Shown piece by piece: positions 12,095 to 24,289 of a stretch of 64,000 nt of DNA. The DNA is from Macrostomum lignano (lineage: Eukaryota): positions 372,001 through 436,000 of the forward strand of contig NIVC01000621.1 in the NCBI GenBank assembly GCA_002269645.1, read 5' to 3'. Under the pieces are notes generated by a model. The model ran no database searches. It was not told the origin of the DNA and saw only the letters and a program-made list of their open reading frames with translations. The translations under genes were made by a program, and so were the position numbers. Within the stretch, counting starts at the first letter, position 1, and the number at the start of each line of letters is the position of its first letter.

Positions 12095-13090
12095 ATCAGA
12101 GGATGTGACAGGCACATGACACATGAAGGATTAGAGGATGTGACTGGCAGAAGACACATGAACGATCAGAGGATGTTACAGGCAGAAGAAACATGAAAGA
12201 TCAGAGGATGTGACAGGCAGAAGACACATGAAAGATCAGAGGATGCGACAGGCAGAAGAAACATGAAGGATCAGAGGATGCGACAGGCAGAAGACACATG
12301 AAGGATCAGAGGATGTGACAGGCAGAAGACACATGAAGGATCAGAGGATGCGACAGGCAGAAGACACATGAAAGATCAGAGGATGCGACAGGCAGAAGAA
12401 ACATGAAGGATCAGAGGATGTGACAGGCAGAAGAAACATGAAAGATCAGAGGATGTGACAGGCAGAAGAAACATGAAGGATCAGAGGATGTGACAGGCAG
12501 AAGAAACATGAAGGATCAGAGGATGTGACAGGCAGAAGACACATGAAGGATCAGAGGATGTGACAGGCAGAAGACACATGAAGGATCAGAGGATGCGACA
12601 GACAGAAGACACATGAAAGATCAGAGGATGCGACAGGCAGAAGAAACATGAAGGATCAGAGGATGTGACAGGCAGAAGACACATGAAAGATCAGAGGATG
12701 CGACAGGCAGAAGAAACATGAAGGATCAGAGGATGTGACAGGCAGAAGACACATGAAGGATCAGAGGATGTGACAGGCAGAAGACACATGAAGGATCAGA
12801 GGATGCGACAGGCAGAAGAAACATGAAGGATCAGAGGATGCGACAGGCAGAAGACACATGAAGGATCAGAGGATGTGACAGGCAGAAGACACATGAAGGA
12901 TCAGAGGATGTGACAGGCAGAAGACACATGAAAGATCAGAGGATGCGACAGGCAAAAGAAACATGAAGGATCAGAGGATGTGACAGGCAGAAGACACATG
13001 AAGGATCAGAGGATGTGACAGGCAGAAGACACATGAAGGATCAGAGGATGTGACAGGCAGAAGACACATGAAAGATCAGGGGATGTGACG
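12095..13090. repeat. 35-bp minisatellite downstream of SLC22
   Basis: About 28 copies of GGATCAGAGGATG(T/C)GACAGGCAGAAGA(C/A)ACATGAA. Confidence 0.95.
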
Positions 13091-13504
13091 GGTTTTTATA
13101 TCAGGCAATATTTTATGAGTAACGTTGATTATGAGAAAACTTGTAATCTTAATTTTAATTAGCTTTGTAATTTCTATTAGTACATACGCGACATCACAAT
13201 AAAGTTGATTGATAGAAGCACAAAAGCAAGCAAAAAAGCAAATGCTTGTTTCTTTTATTAGAACAGCAGCAATTGTAATGCTTAACATGTAAATAAATAT
13301 CAGTGTATCTTTTTACAATCACAAGACTTATAAGGTTCCATGGCGATCGCGCTTAGTTTAACCCTCGCAACAAAAGTTGCAAAAAATTTTCGTAAGATGG
13401 TAAAAACTTCAATATAACGCAATAAATAACATGCCGACTAAAGTTCGAGTGCTGAAGAAGAGACTCTTTTTGTTGCTAGGGGGCGATTCTTGCTTGTAGT
13501 ATTC

Positions 13505-14570
13505 AGGTTTGCTATGTGGAGCTAGAGTGTTGCTATGGGGAGCTCAAGTATTGCTATAGGGAGCTAGAGTGTTGCTATGGGAAGCTAGAGTGTTGCGATA
13601 TGGGGAGCTAAAGTGTTGCTATATGGGGAGCTAAAGTGTTGCTATGGGAAGCTAGAGTGTTGCTATGGGAAGTTATTGTTGCTATGGAATGCTAGAGTGT
13701 TTGTATATGGGGAGCTAAAGTGTTGCTATGGGAAGCTAGAGTGTTGCTATATGGGGAGCTAGTGTTGCTATGGGAAGCTAGAGTGTTGCTATATGGGGAG
13801 CTAGTGTTGCTATGGGAAGCTAGAGTGTTGCTATGGGAAACTAGAGTGTTGCTATATGGGGAGCTAAAGTGTTGCTATGGGAAGCTAGAGTGTTGCTATG
13901 GGAAGTTATTGTTGCTATGGAAAGCTAGAGTGTTTGTATATGGGGAGCTAAAGTGTTGCTATGGGAAGCTAGAGTGTTGCTATATGGGGAGCTAGTGTTG
14001 CTATGGGAAGCTAGAGTGTTGCTATGGGAAGTTATTGTTGCTATGAAAAGCTAGAGTGTTTGTATATAGGGAGTTAAAGTGTTTCTATGGGAAGCTAGAG
14101 TGTTGCTATGGGAAGCTAGAGTGTTTGTATATGGGGAGCTAAAGTGTTGCTATGGGAAGCTAGAGTGTTGCTATGGGAAGTTATTGTTGCTATGAAAAGC
14201 TAGAGTGTTTGTATATAGGGAGTTAAAGTGTTTCTATGGGAAGCTAGAGTGTTGCTATGGGAAGCTAGAGTGTTGCTATGGGAAGCTAGAGTGTTGCTAT
14301 ATGGGGAGCTAAAGTGTTGCTATGGGAAGCTAGAGTGTTGCTATGGGAAGTTATTGTTGCTATGAAAAGCTAGAGTGTTTGTATATAGGGAGTTAAAGTG
14401 TTTCTATGGGAAGCTAGAGTGTTGCTATGGGAAGCTAGAGTGTTGCTATGGGAAGCTAGAGTGTTGCTATATGGGGAGCTAAAGTGTTGCTATGGGAAGC
14501 TAGAGTGTTGCTATGGGAAGTTATTGTTGCTATGGAAAGCTAGAGTGTTGTTGGCTAGTTGCTATGGACC
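13505..14570. repeat. Composite minisatellite built on GTGTTGCTATGG units
   Basis: Variable ~18-23-bp units such as GCTAGAGTGTTGCTATGGGAA, with recurring higher-order blocks. Confidence 0.9.
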
Positions 14571-15289
14571 GCCTATAAATATTTGAAGTGCAAAAATTTC
14601 TTTAATGTATTAAAAACCACTTTGTTGCGATTTCTGGGACTCAGCAAGAAAATCCACATTAGCTAAGCTGCTAGTCTAGCACCAAGTCAGTTAGGACTCG
14701 GGCTAAAAAACACAGACGAGACGGCCGACAATAAATATGCAGAATTTATCATTAAAATACCCTTTTAAACTATGCCATTCACAATTATGGTGTCACAAAA
14801 AATTGAAACCAAATTAACTAGACAATGTCCAATCAAAGAAAATACACTTTAAGAATGAGCATTCGAAATAAGACTAGATCTCTTTAAAAAGAGAAATCCA
14901 AAAAAGAAAACAACGCTTTATCCATTGGCAAGCGAAACAGCCCGTCACAAATACAAAAAACCTGTTTTGTTTTTAAAAAAACCATATTTGGTCGACTATT
15001 TGAAACACTTGCTACATACTCTACTTATACCAACTCTTTGAGTAGGCAGGGGGACATTTTTCGTCCAATTTGTAGAGAGGGGCACAAGCACAGACAAAAC
15101 ATTTTATATTTAAAAAAGTTTACAAAATGTTCTTATTATACAAAAGCAAAAACATTGTTTCAATAATACGAACTAATTGTCTAATTTAGACCAGAGCATG
15201 AATGCTTCAGTGACTGCATGGCTGGCTCACTCGATGGATTTGAAACTTTGAAAATAATCATTTCTAATGAGTCAAATCGGAATGCTTAA

Positions 15290-15775
15290 GGAGTTTCAGG
15301 GAATTTCTAAGAGGTTGCAGGGGAGTTCCTAAGGAGTTGTAGGGGAATTCAAAAGGAGTTGTAAGAGATTTCTAAGAAGTTTCTAAGAAGAAGAAATATT
15401 CCTAAGAAGTTATAAGGGAATTATAAAAAAGAGTTGTAGAGGAATTCCTAAAGATTTGTAGGGAATTCCTAAGGAGTTGTAGAGAAATTCCTAAGGAATA
15501 GTAGGGGAATTCCTAAAGAATTTTAGGGGAATTCCCAAAGATTTGTAGGGGAATTCCTAAAGATTTGTAGGGAATTCTTAAATATTAGTAGGGGAATTCC
15601 TATGAAGTTGTAGGAGAATTCCTAAGGAGTTGTAGCGGAATTCCTAAAAAGTTGTAGGGAAATTCCTAAGGAGTTGTAGGGGAATTCCTAAGGAGTTGTA
15701 GCGGAATTCCTAAGGAGTTGTAGGGGAATTCCTAAGAAGGTGTAGGAGAATTTCAAAAGAGTTGTAGAGGAATTT
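15290..15775. repeat. Degenerate ~22-23-bp tandem repeat
   Basis: GGAATTCCTAAGGAGTTGTAGG(G)-like units. Confidence 0.8.
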
Positions 15776-15927
15776 CCATTGAGTTATGGAAGAATAAATG
15801 TAAATATTTACAATACATTTCAACTCATTCACGCTCTTTGTCAGGCTCCAGATTTATATACAAATTTTAACTCTCTAAGTCTAACAAAAACTAAAAACAC
15901 AAAGTGAGAGACAGAGGCCACAGAGCA

Positions 15928-18900
15928 TCACGTGACCCGAGGCCCAGTGTACTCAACTGACGCGCAAACAAAATCCCTGGGCTGAGGTATTTCGGCCAGG
16001 TAAACCAGGTGACCCCGGCTTTCGTTACCTGCAGTGCCTCCGCCAGCAGCCGCGGCCGCCGCTGCAGTAGCCGCCGTTGCCGCGGTTGCATCTTCGACCT
16101 CCAGCGTGACTTCGCGGTAATATCGACAGACCCGACGGCCCAGGTCGTGATCGTACGGGGGCGCAAGGATCTCCAGAAATGCGGCCCCGTCGGAGAGAGC
16201 CTGAATTTCGATGGCGGAGCGATTTCCTTTGGTTGGAGACAAGCTAAACTGCTTTGATCTGAGCTGGCACTGCACTAAACTGCTTTGATCTGAGCTGGCA
16301 CTGCACTAAACTGCTTTGATCTGAGCTGGCACTGCAGCTAAACTGCTTTGATCTGAGCTGGCACTGCACTAAACTGCTTTGATCTGAGCTGGCACTGCAC
16401 TAAACTGCTTTGATCTGAGCTGGCACTGCAGCTAAACTGCTTTGATCTGAGCTGGCACTGCAGCTAAACTGCTTTGATCTGAGCTGGCACTGCAGCTAAA
16501 CTGCTTTGATCTGAGCTGGCACTGCAGCTAAACTGCTTTGATCTGAGCTGGCACTGCAGCTAAACTGCTTTGATCTGAGCTGGCACTGCACTAAACTGCT
16601 TTGATCTGAGCTGGCACTGCACTAAACTGCTTTGATCTGAGCTGGCACTGCAGCTAAACTGCTTTGATCTGAGCTGGCACTGCACTAAACTGCTTTGATC
16701 TGAGCTGGCACTGCCCTAAACTGCTTTGATCTGAGCTGGCACTGCACTAAACTGCTTTGATCTGAGCTGGCACTGCACTAAACTGCTTTGATCTGAGCTG
16801 GCACTGCACTAAACTGCATGGTTGAACAGATATATCTCACCTGCAATTCGTGGAAGTTAGCCTCAGTAGGCGTGTGCACAATTGTCTGCTGTTGGCGCTG
16901 CGCAGACGCTACAGACAGCACCAAGTCCATAGCCAGCTTGGCCGGGGTCAGGTCTGCCAATAGGGCGTCCCGTTGCCAACCGCGCAAAGGTGTAGGCGGC
17001 AAGGTGTTTGGTCTCTGGCCAGCTGGCAGAGTTGTGTAAGCTCTACATCGAAGACTCCCGTGCAGCAGTTTGCACAGGCCAAACATGCCTGGGTGGTCGT
17101 GAAGCGGTATCCTCGCTCCGGGCCGCAGCACGTAGATGCCCATGGATAGTACACCGTTGTCCACTATGTGTAGGTAGACTACTGGGGCGTGAACACGCGA
17201 TGCGTCCGTGACTAAGCCAGCGTCTAAGTCCACATCCTTGGCTGTGAGACTGTGTAATTGCAGTAGCAACTGCGTCAAGCCTTCTTGACTCACCTGGAGA
17301 CGGGATGAAGGATCGGGGATACGATGCATTACCTAGTTAATTAATTAGGGTCATAGGGAGATGGGATCGATATATGTGGGATCTGGGATACATTATTATG
17401 GAAATGGGATCAATAGGGTGTGAGATCTCCATGGCATACATTATTATGGAGATGGGATCAATAGGTGTGAGATCTCCATGGGATTCATTATTATGGAGAT
17501 GGGATCAATAGGTGTGAGATCTCCATGGGATTCATTATTATGGAGATGGGATCAATAGGTGTGAGATCTGGGATGTATTATTATGGAGATGGGATCAATA
17601 GTTGTGAGATCTGGGATGTATTATTATGGAGATAGGATCAATAGGTGTGAGATCTGGGATGTATTATTATGGAGATGGGATCAATAGGTGTGAGATCTGG
17701 GATGTATTATTATGGAGATGGGATCAATAGATGTGAGATCTGGGATGTATTATTATGGAGATGGGATCAATAGATGTGAGATCTGGGATGTATTATTATG
17801 GAGATGGGATCAATAGATGTGAGATCTGGGATGTATTATTATGGAGATGGGATCAATAGATGTGAGATCTGGGATGTATTATTATGGAGATGGGATCAAT
17901 AGATGTGAGATCTGGGATGTATTATTATGGAGATGGGATCAATAGATGTGAGATCTGGGATGTATTATTATGGAGATGGGATCAATAGATGTGAGATCTG
18001 GGATGTATTATTATGGAGATGGGATCAATAGATGTGAGATCTGGGATGTATTATTATGGAGATGGGATCAATAGATGTGAGATCTACATGGGATGTATTA
18101 TTATGGAAATGGGCTCAATAGATGTGAGATCTACATGGGATGTATTATTATGGAAATGGGCTCAATAGATGTGAGATCTACATGGGATGTATTATTATGG
18201 AGATGGGATCAATAGATGTGGGATCTACATGGGATGTATTATTATGGAGATGGGATCAATAGATGTGGGATCTGCATGGGATGTATTATTATGGAGATGG
18301 GATCAATAGATGTGGGATCTACATGGGATGTATTATTATGGAAATGGGCTCAATAGATGTGAGATCTACATGGGATGTATTATTATGGAAATGGGCTCAA
18401 TAGATGTGAGATCTACATGGGATGTATTATTATGGAGATGGGATCAATAGATGTGGGATCTACATGGGATGTATTATTATGGAGATGGGATCAATAGATG
18501 TGGGATCTGCATGGGATGTATTATTATGGAGATGGGATCAATAGATGTGAGATCTGGGATGTATTATTATGGAGATGGGATCAATAGATGTGAGATCTGG
18601 GATGTATTATTATGGAGATGGGATCAATAGATGTGAGATCTGGGATGTATTATTATGGAGATGGGATCAATAGATGTGAGATCTACATGGGATGTATTAT
18701 TATGGAAATGGGCTCAATAGATGTGAGATCTACATGGGATGTATTATTATGGAGATGGGATCAATAGATGTGGGATCTACATGGGATGTATTATTATGGA
18801 AATGGGCTCAATAGATGTGGGATCTGCATGGGATGTATTATTATGGAAATGGGCTCAATAGATGTGAGATCTACATGGGATGTATTATTATGGAAATGGG

Positions 18901-19531
18901 CTCAATAGATGTGGGATCTACATGGGATGTATTATTATGGAAATGGGCTCAATAGATGTGGGATCTACATGGGATGTATTATTATGGAAATGGGCTCAAT
19001 AGATGTGGGATCTACATGGGATGTATTATTATGGAGATGGGATCAATAGATGTGGGATCTACATGGGATGTATTATTATGGAGATGGGATCAATAGATGT
19101 GGGATCTGCATGGGATGTATTATTATGGAGATGGGATCAATAGATGTGGGATCTGGGATGCATTATTTTGAAGATGGGATCAACAAAAGTGGGAACTGGG
19201 ATGAATTATTGAGATAGGCTGCAAACAGGATTGGAAATCCTGGATTTGAGAAAGATTATGAGGATAAGATGAAATAGCTTGGGATCTAAGATTGGTTAAA
19301 TAATTGTGGAATATTTAGGATCGTTTGGAAGTGAATGTCAATAATAAGAAAGACTATTTATGACCTGTCACAAGAGATCCATAATTCATACAATGAACAA
19401 GTTGATTAGCAGAAACTCACATGAATGTCAGTGCAAGTTGGCTGCTGCATAGGCGGTAGACTCTCTGTGGCGGTGGGGCCGCCAAACAGCTGGTAGGCTC
19501 TATTAGCGACCCCAGCTATGCGGGAAGTCAT
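15928..19531 (-). CDS. ADO: 2-aminoethanethiol (cysteamine) dioxygenase, ADO/PCO cupin family, 278 aa; exons 19531-19421, 17293-16841, 16200-15928
   Basis: Exon 1 MTSRIAGVANRAYQLFGG resembles the ADO N-terminus. Exon 2 has PVVYLHI, GARIPLHDHPGMFG and NFH, giving the three metal-binding His. Exon 3 has AAFLEILAPPYD. All introns are GT-AG, phase 0 (837 nt). Confidence 0.93.
16244..16817. repeat. 31/32-bp minisatellite, ADO intron 2
   Basis: About 18 copies of TAAACTGCTTTGATCTGAGCTGGCACTGCA(G)C. Confidence 0.95.
17365..19200. repeat. 43/47-bp minisatellite, ADO intron 1
   Basis: GATGTATTATTATGGAGATGGGATCAATAGATGTGAGATCT(ACAT)GG units, with degenerate edges. Confidence 0.95.
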
Positions 19532-21744
19532 GCTTGGAGTGGAAAATGTAATCAAGTAAAATCTGTGAATATAAAAAATATATAATAGCTACAAGCTTGA
19601 TCTGAAAAGCTGACAATGATGGCTTAGGACGCCTTAGACGTCCAACACCAAGACTTTTGTTGATAAATTTCCAGTCTGAAATAGATAATTAATAAATATT
19701 AAATTATCATAAAGGAATTCACTTTGTTATAAAATATTTTATGGATCTTTCATGTTTTATATAAACTCAAAGTTTTTTTTTAAATTTGCCAACTTAAATA
19801 TTTTGGTATTTTAAAGTAAAAGAGAATACAAAACTAAGATCTTTTTGAACTGACCAAAGGAATAATACGAATGATTATTGTTTGTACTTCGTCTTGCTTA
19901 AAAATCTAATATTTTCTGATGTCAACATCATTCCTTTCTTTTCTTTGATCAGAAATTAAAAGCAGTCATAAGAATAAAATGCATGAATACCTAATAAGTG
20001 AATAGTAATTTTTTTCAAACATTTATCTAATACTTTTAATAAATATTTGGAAGAAAAAAATAGCTATATATTATATATTATTAAAAATCATTGCTTGCAT
20101 CACATTATTTTATTTTTTGATATTGTTTTTATTCTGAATTTAAAAAAACAAAATATCATACTGCTTTATCCACAATGAATAGTTATTTATAATTGCAGCC
20201 AATGAGATTACTGTAAAGCTTTTTTATGACTAAAATGCCTGCCCAGAAGCAGGATTACTAGTAGGCTGGCTATATACTAAATCATTTAAAACAGGTACAG
20301 TTTCATAAAACTGAAGACAGCAACTTAATTTAGTTTAAATAACTATACATTGTAGGCCCAACTAATGCATTCAATAGGTAGGAAGTGGCCTCCGCATTTG
20401 TCGATTTCGATTGCACTGTTTGTCATAGTTGTTGTTTCTTCCAGTTTTACTACAATACACCATCATATATTTTGTTAGTTATTAGCCTATTGATGAGTGC
20501 AATTTTTTAAAACTAAAATAATAAGTTACCTCAATTTTAAGATAAAATACAATTTTTTTCATTCATAAATGATGGTTGGTTCGTATATATGTACTACATA
20601 GTAGTAGTAGTAGTAAGAATTTGGTTCAGGCAACCAGATGCTGCCTGGTTACATCGGAATCTTAATACAAAAGTTAAATACTTGATTATTTTATTATTGA
20701 AACCTACTTCTCGTCAAGCTGTCTCACGAACGCGTAATAAAAACTCTCAGAAAACTTTTACTGCTGCATTAATGAGTGAACAAAGTCAAATGATGTTGTT
20801 TTTTGTTATGTTGCATTGCATGAAATAATCAGAAGCCGTGTTCCTGACTGTTTAACAGAGCAAGCCATTCAATTTTCCGAAGTTCGCCACTTTAGTTGCA
20901 TCACGCATTCTTTAAACAATTGAAATATATTCCAGAAAATGAGACCCATACAAAAGAAATTGTGAGCTTTATAGTTTACATCTCAACCCTTCTCATTTTA
21001 AGTTTTTTCCTATTTTCTGTTTTCCTTAATTTCGTTCTTCGTTCTTTTGTTCTTTCGTTTTGTACAATGTATGATATTCGATTTCGGATCGCAATTTGCG
21101 TGTACAGTACATATACTGTATGCCAGTGAGATAAATTCTCGACTGAAGAGGTATTCCGTGCAGTTTCTATTGAATAAATCCTTAAACCTTGTCATCGTAT
21201 AATTTGTTAGCAATTTAATTAAACAATGTATACATATGCACATGCAGTACATGTAAGGTCATAGTAGCATCGTTTTCTGTATCTAACTGAGCCTTTTAGC
21301 ACACATGCTTTTTACAGCCTTGTATACAGCTGCTAATGTAATAAAATCAGATAGATTTTTCGATTAAATAAATTAATCAACCGCGGCCGGGCCGGTACCA
21401 CTTAAAGTAGTCCTTGCTTATCATTTCTAGTGGTCAGTTTAACAAAAGGAAAATTATAGTGCTTAATTAGGTTAAGAAAACGTTTGATAGAGAATTTATT
21501 AGATTAATTTCTTATTTACGAGTAGTCGTCGAAACTATAGGGCACCGGAAAACAAGCTGCATGCAGGGTACCGAAATGCTGGGTACCGAAAAGTTTCAGG
21601 GATGCCGAAAAGACACGGAAAACTGTATTATACAGCTAGTGTACCCTTACTAGTATAGCTATTAACTATACTATAGTACATATATACTTGTGAATTTTTA
21701 AACTGGTGCTGCTATGCATAATTATTGTGAAAAACTGGGAAGAC

Positions 21745-21945
21745 CGGCAATTCACAACACCCACGAGCCAACCCCCAATGCACAGAGAGTGTACAATACG
21801 ATGTCTGACGATTAGAAAATTAAGTTAAGGGGCCAGTACACCTCGTGTGAGCGTATATATGAGTGCGTGCAGTCAGCGTACAGTAATGGCGCTTGAATGT
21901 GTTCTGGAGTCAGCTGAATGGGCAGAATTACGAGTATCCACATAT
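21745..21945 (+). repeat. Interspersed repeat family X, copy 2
   Basis: GGAGTCAGCTGAATGGGCAGAATTACGAGT matches the reverse complement of 32236-32275. The GGGCCAGTACACCTCGTGTGAG segment matches the other copies. Confidence 0.55.
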
Positions 21946-21952
21946 CCATCCG

Positions 21953-22448
21953 CAGGGGCGTCGCCAGGGGGGAGGACATGTCCCCCTAGTAAAGGCTATG
22001 GGGGGACATGCCAATGCTAATGTGGGACTAATTGGCCTGCGTCGGATCTGGATCTGCAGATCTGGATCTGTGCCTGCGGCGCCAAAATGAGTGACTGCGG
22101 CGCCAAAATGAGTGCCTGCGGCGCAAAAATGAGTGCTTGCGGCGCAAAAATGAGTGCCTACGGCGCAAAAATGAGTGCCTACGGCGCAAAAATGAGTGCC
22201 TGCGGCGCCAAAATGAGCGCCTGCGGCGCCAAAATGAGTGCCTGCGGCGCCAAAATGAGCGCCTGCGGCGCCAAAATGAGTGCCTGTGGCGCCAAAATGA
22301 GTGCCTGTGGCTAGAAAATAAGTTCTTGTGGCGCCAATGAGCGCTGACTCATTTACAGAGTCTGAAAATAATGTACATGTACATGTTTAGTACATGTTGA
22401 ATTCTTGGCTTCGTCCTCCCTACCATAAAATCCATGGCGACGCCCCTG
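21953..22448 (+). mobile_element. Short non-autonomous hAT-type element (MITE) with ~11 internal 21-bp repeats
   Basis: TIRs CAGGGGCGTCGCCA...TGGCGACGCCCCTG. It shares GGACATGTCCCC, ATGCCAATGCT, the 21-bp unit and ATAAAATCCATGGCGACG with the 34225-40618 element. No 8-bp TSD is visible. Confidence 0.8.
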
Positions 22449-23164
22449 CGTTTTCAGATATCCTCTGCTGCAGCCCAGCTCCAACTGTGAATGTACATGT
22501 TCATTATTCTTCTTACCATACAGACACTATACGGTATATGCTGTAATAATGAATGAACTGTCGTGAGTTAGAGCTGTATGTTCCGATGACATGTAATTAC
22601 TTCTCAATTGCGGTTAAACTTATCGGGATTCGAATAAGTATAGAAAACCGCCTTTAAATCGCGTCGCTTTTTCACATAGTATAGGATATCATATTTCAAG
22701 ATGACGACAATTTGGGCTAAATTTAGTTTACAGAAATTGACAGGGCAAGAAGGGTCGCCCCTCTCGATAGATGGATGATTAATGGATTCACAGGCACAGG
22801 CGGTTCAGATCGTGCGAAATAATTCTTACAGGCTGGACACAAATTACCAATTAAGACAACAAGAAGATTCATTTAATTTCTTTCTGATTCGTTTAATTTC
22901 GCTTGATTTTAAGGGCAAAAAATGTCGAAGCTAAGCTTCCGGGAAGCCATCCGGGTGGCTTCATTTTTAATTTTACTTTTATACTTGAGCTTCCAAGACA
23001 CAGTTCAGCTAACGAACCCCGAGGGTAAAATCAGTGCGTTTCAGCAAGAGCAGCAGAAAAAAAGTTGCTTATAAACTTTTTTTGAGGCTTAAATTCTAAA
23101 AATTGCTTGAGTCGTCTATGAGAGCGGCTTCCGCTCCAACGCTGTCTTTGGGTTGATTTTACTG

Positions 23165-23515
23165 ATCGATTTAGCAGCTACCTTCACAAGCTCGAAAAGT
23201 CACAAGCTCGAAAAGTCACAAGCTCGAAAAGTCACATCGTCGAAAACTGATTTAGCAGCCACCTTCACTAGCTCGAAAAGTCACAAGCTCAAAAAGTCAC
23301 AAGCTCGAAAAGTCACAAGCTCGAAAAGTCACAAGCTCGAAAAGTCACAAGCTCGAAAAGTCACAAGCTCGAAAAGTCACAAGCTCAAAAAGTCACAAGC
23401 TCAAAAAGTCACAAGCTCGAAAAGGCACAAGCTCTAACCCTAACCCTAACCCTAACCCTAACCCTAACCCTTTTCGAGCTTGTGATGGTGGTTGGCTTTC
23501 AATCAGTTGAAAACT
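23165..23515. mobile_element. Foldback/MITE-like element with 17-bp subterminal repeats and an internal telomeric tract
   Basis: Tandem TCACAAGCTCGAAAAG(T) units on the left. An inverted, ~40-bp imperfect copy (CTTTTCGAGCTTGTGATGGTGG...AATCAGTT) on the right. Confidence 0.55.
23434..23470 (-). repeat. Interstitial telomeric repeat (TTAGGG)6
   Basis: (CTAACC)6 on the + strand. Confidence 0.95.
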
Positions 23516-24289
23516 CCCCAGTTCTAAAAACATTATCCTAACTTACTAAATCGTACAGCTTATCACAAAAGTACTCGCAAATGTGGAATCGTGACTTCTA
23601 AGCTTGAGAAGGCCTATTTTTATCTTCTTCCTGTTCACAAGCAGAAAACAGAACTTGGCGGCAACGCGAATGCAAAGAGGCCGAGGCGCGGAAGGCAGGC
23701 TTGAAATAGAAATTATAATAGTTATGGAATTGAGTTTTGAGCCTTGAGTCTCTGTGCGCCTCGTGTTCGAGAAGCTACTCAAGACAGGTGCAGGCATGGG
23801 GATTGGGGCGCAAATGTCTCCTACAGCAGCAGATTGGCCAGGACAGCCTAGGGGGAGCTGAGGCATGAGGAGTCCGAAGCTCCCTTCTCCTCTCTCAACC
23901 CCTCTTCTAGCCCGGACTCTGATTGATGAAGCACGAAGACCGCCTCCTAACCTAGCAGACCTAGCCTAAGCCTGTGTTTAGTGCAGAGACGAGACCGTCG
24001 GTTCTTCTGCCTTTAACCAGGGAGTCTTCGTATTGAGCTTTGAGCAAGCCTAGCCGCCTGTAGCCTCTCTGCTAATAATTAATAGGAAGCACAACTCAAG
24101 AAGAGAGAATTAACGATTGCAAAGTCAAAAGCCAGTGCAGTAAAACAGATTAGCAGCTGTGCTACCCCCAACCCCCCATCAGCTCTTATATATAATATAG
24201 CTAGGACTGACAACATTTACGAGTCAAGCCTTATCTGTATGTACAGGTCAACCCGTTACGCCAGCACTCGGAGACCCGACCCGGCCGCT

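Noticed and set aside
23434-23470. True chromosome end
   Set aside because: Only six units, internal to the window, with genes on both sides.
23546-23866. 106-aa minus-strand ORF upstream of the ANK gene
   Set aside because: No recognisable motifs or splice support. It is probably promoter/5' UTR sequence of the ANK gene.
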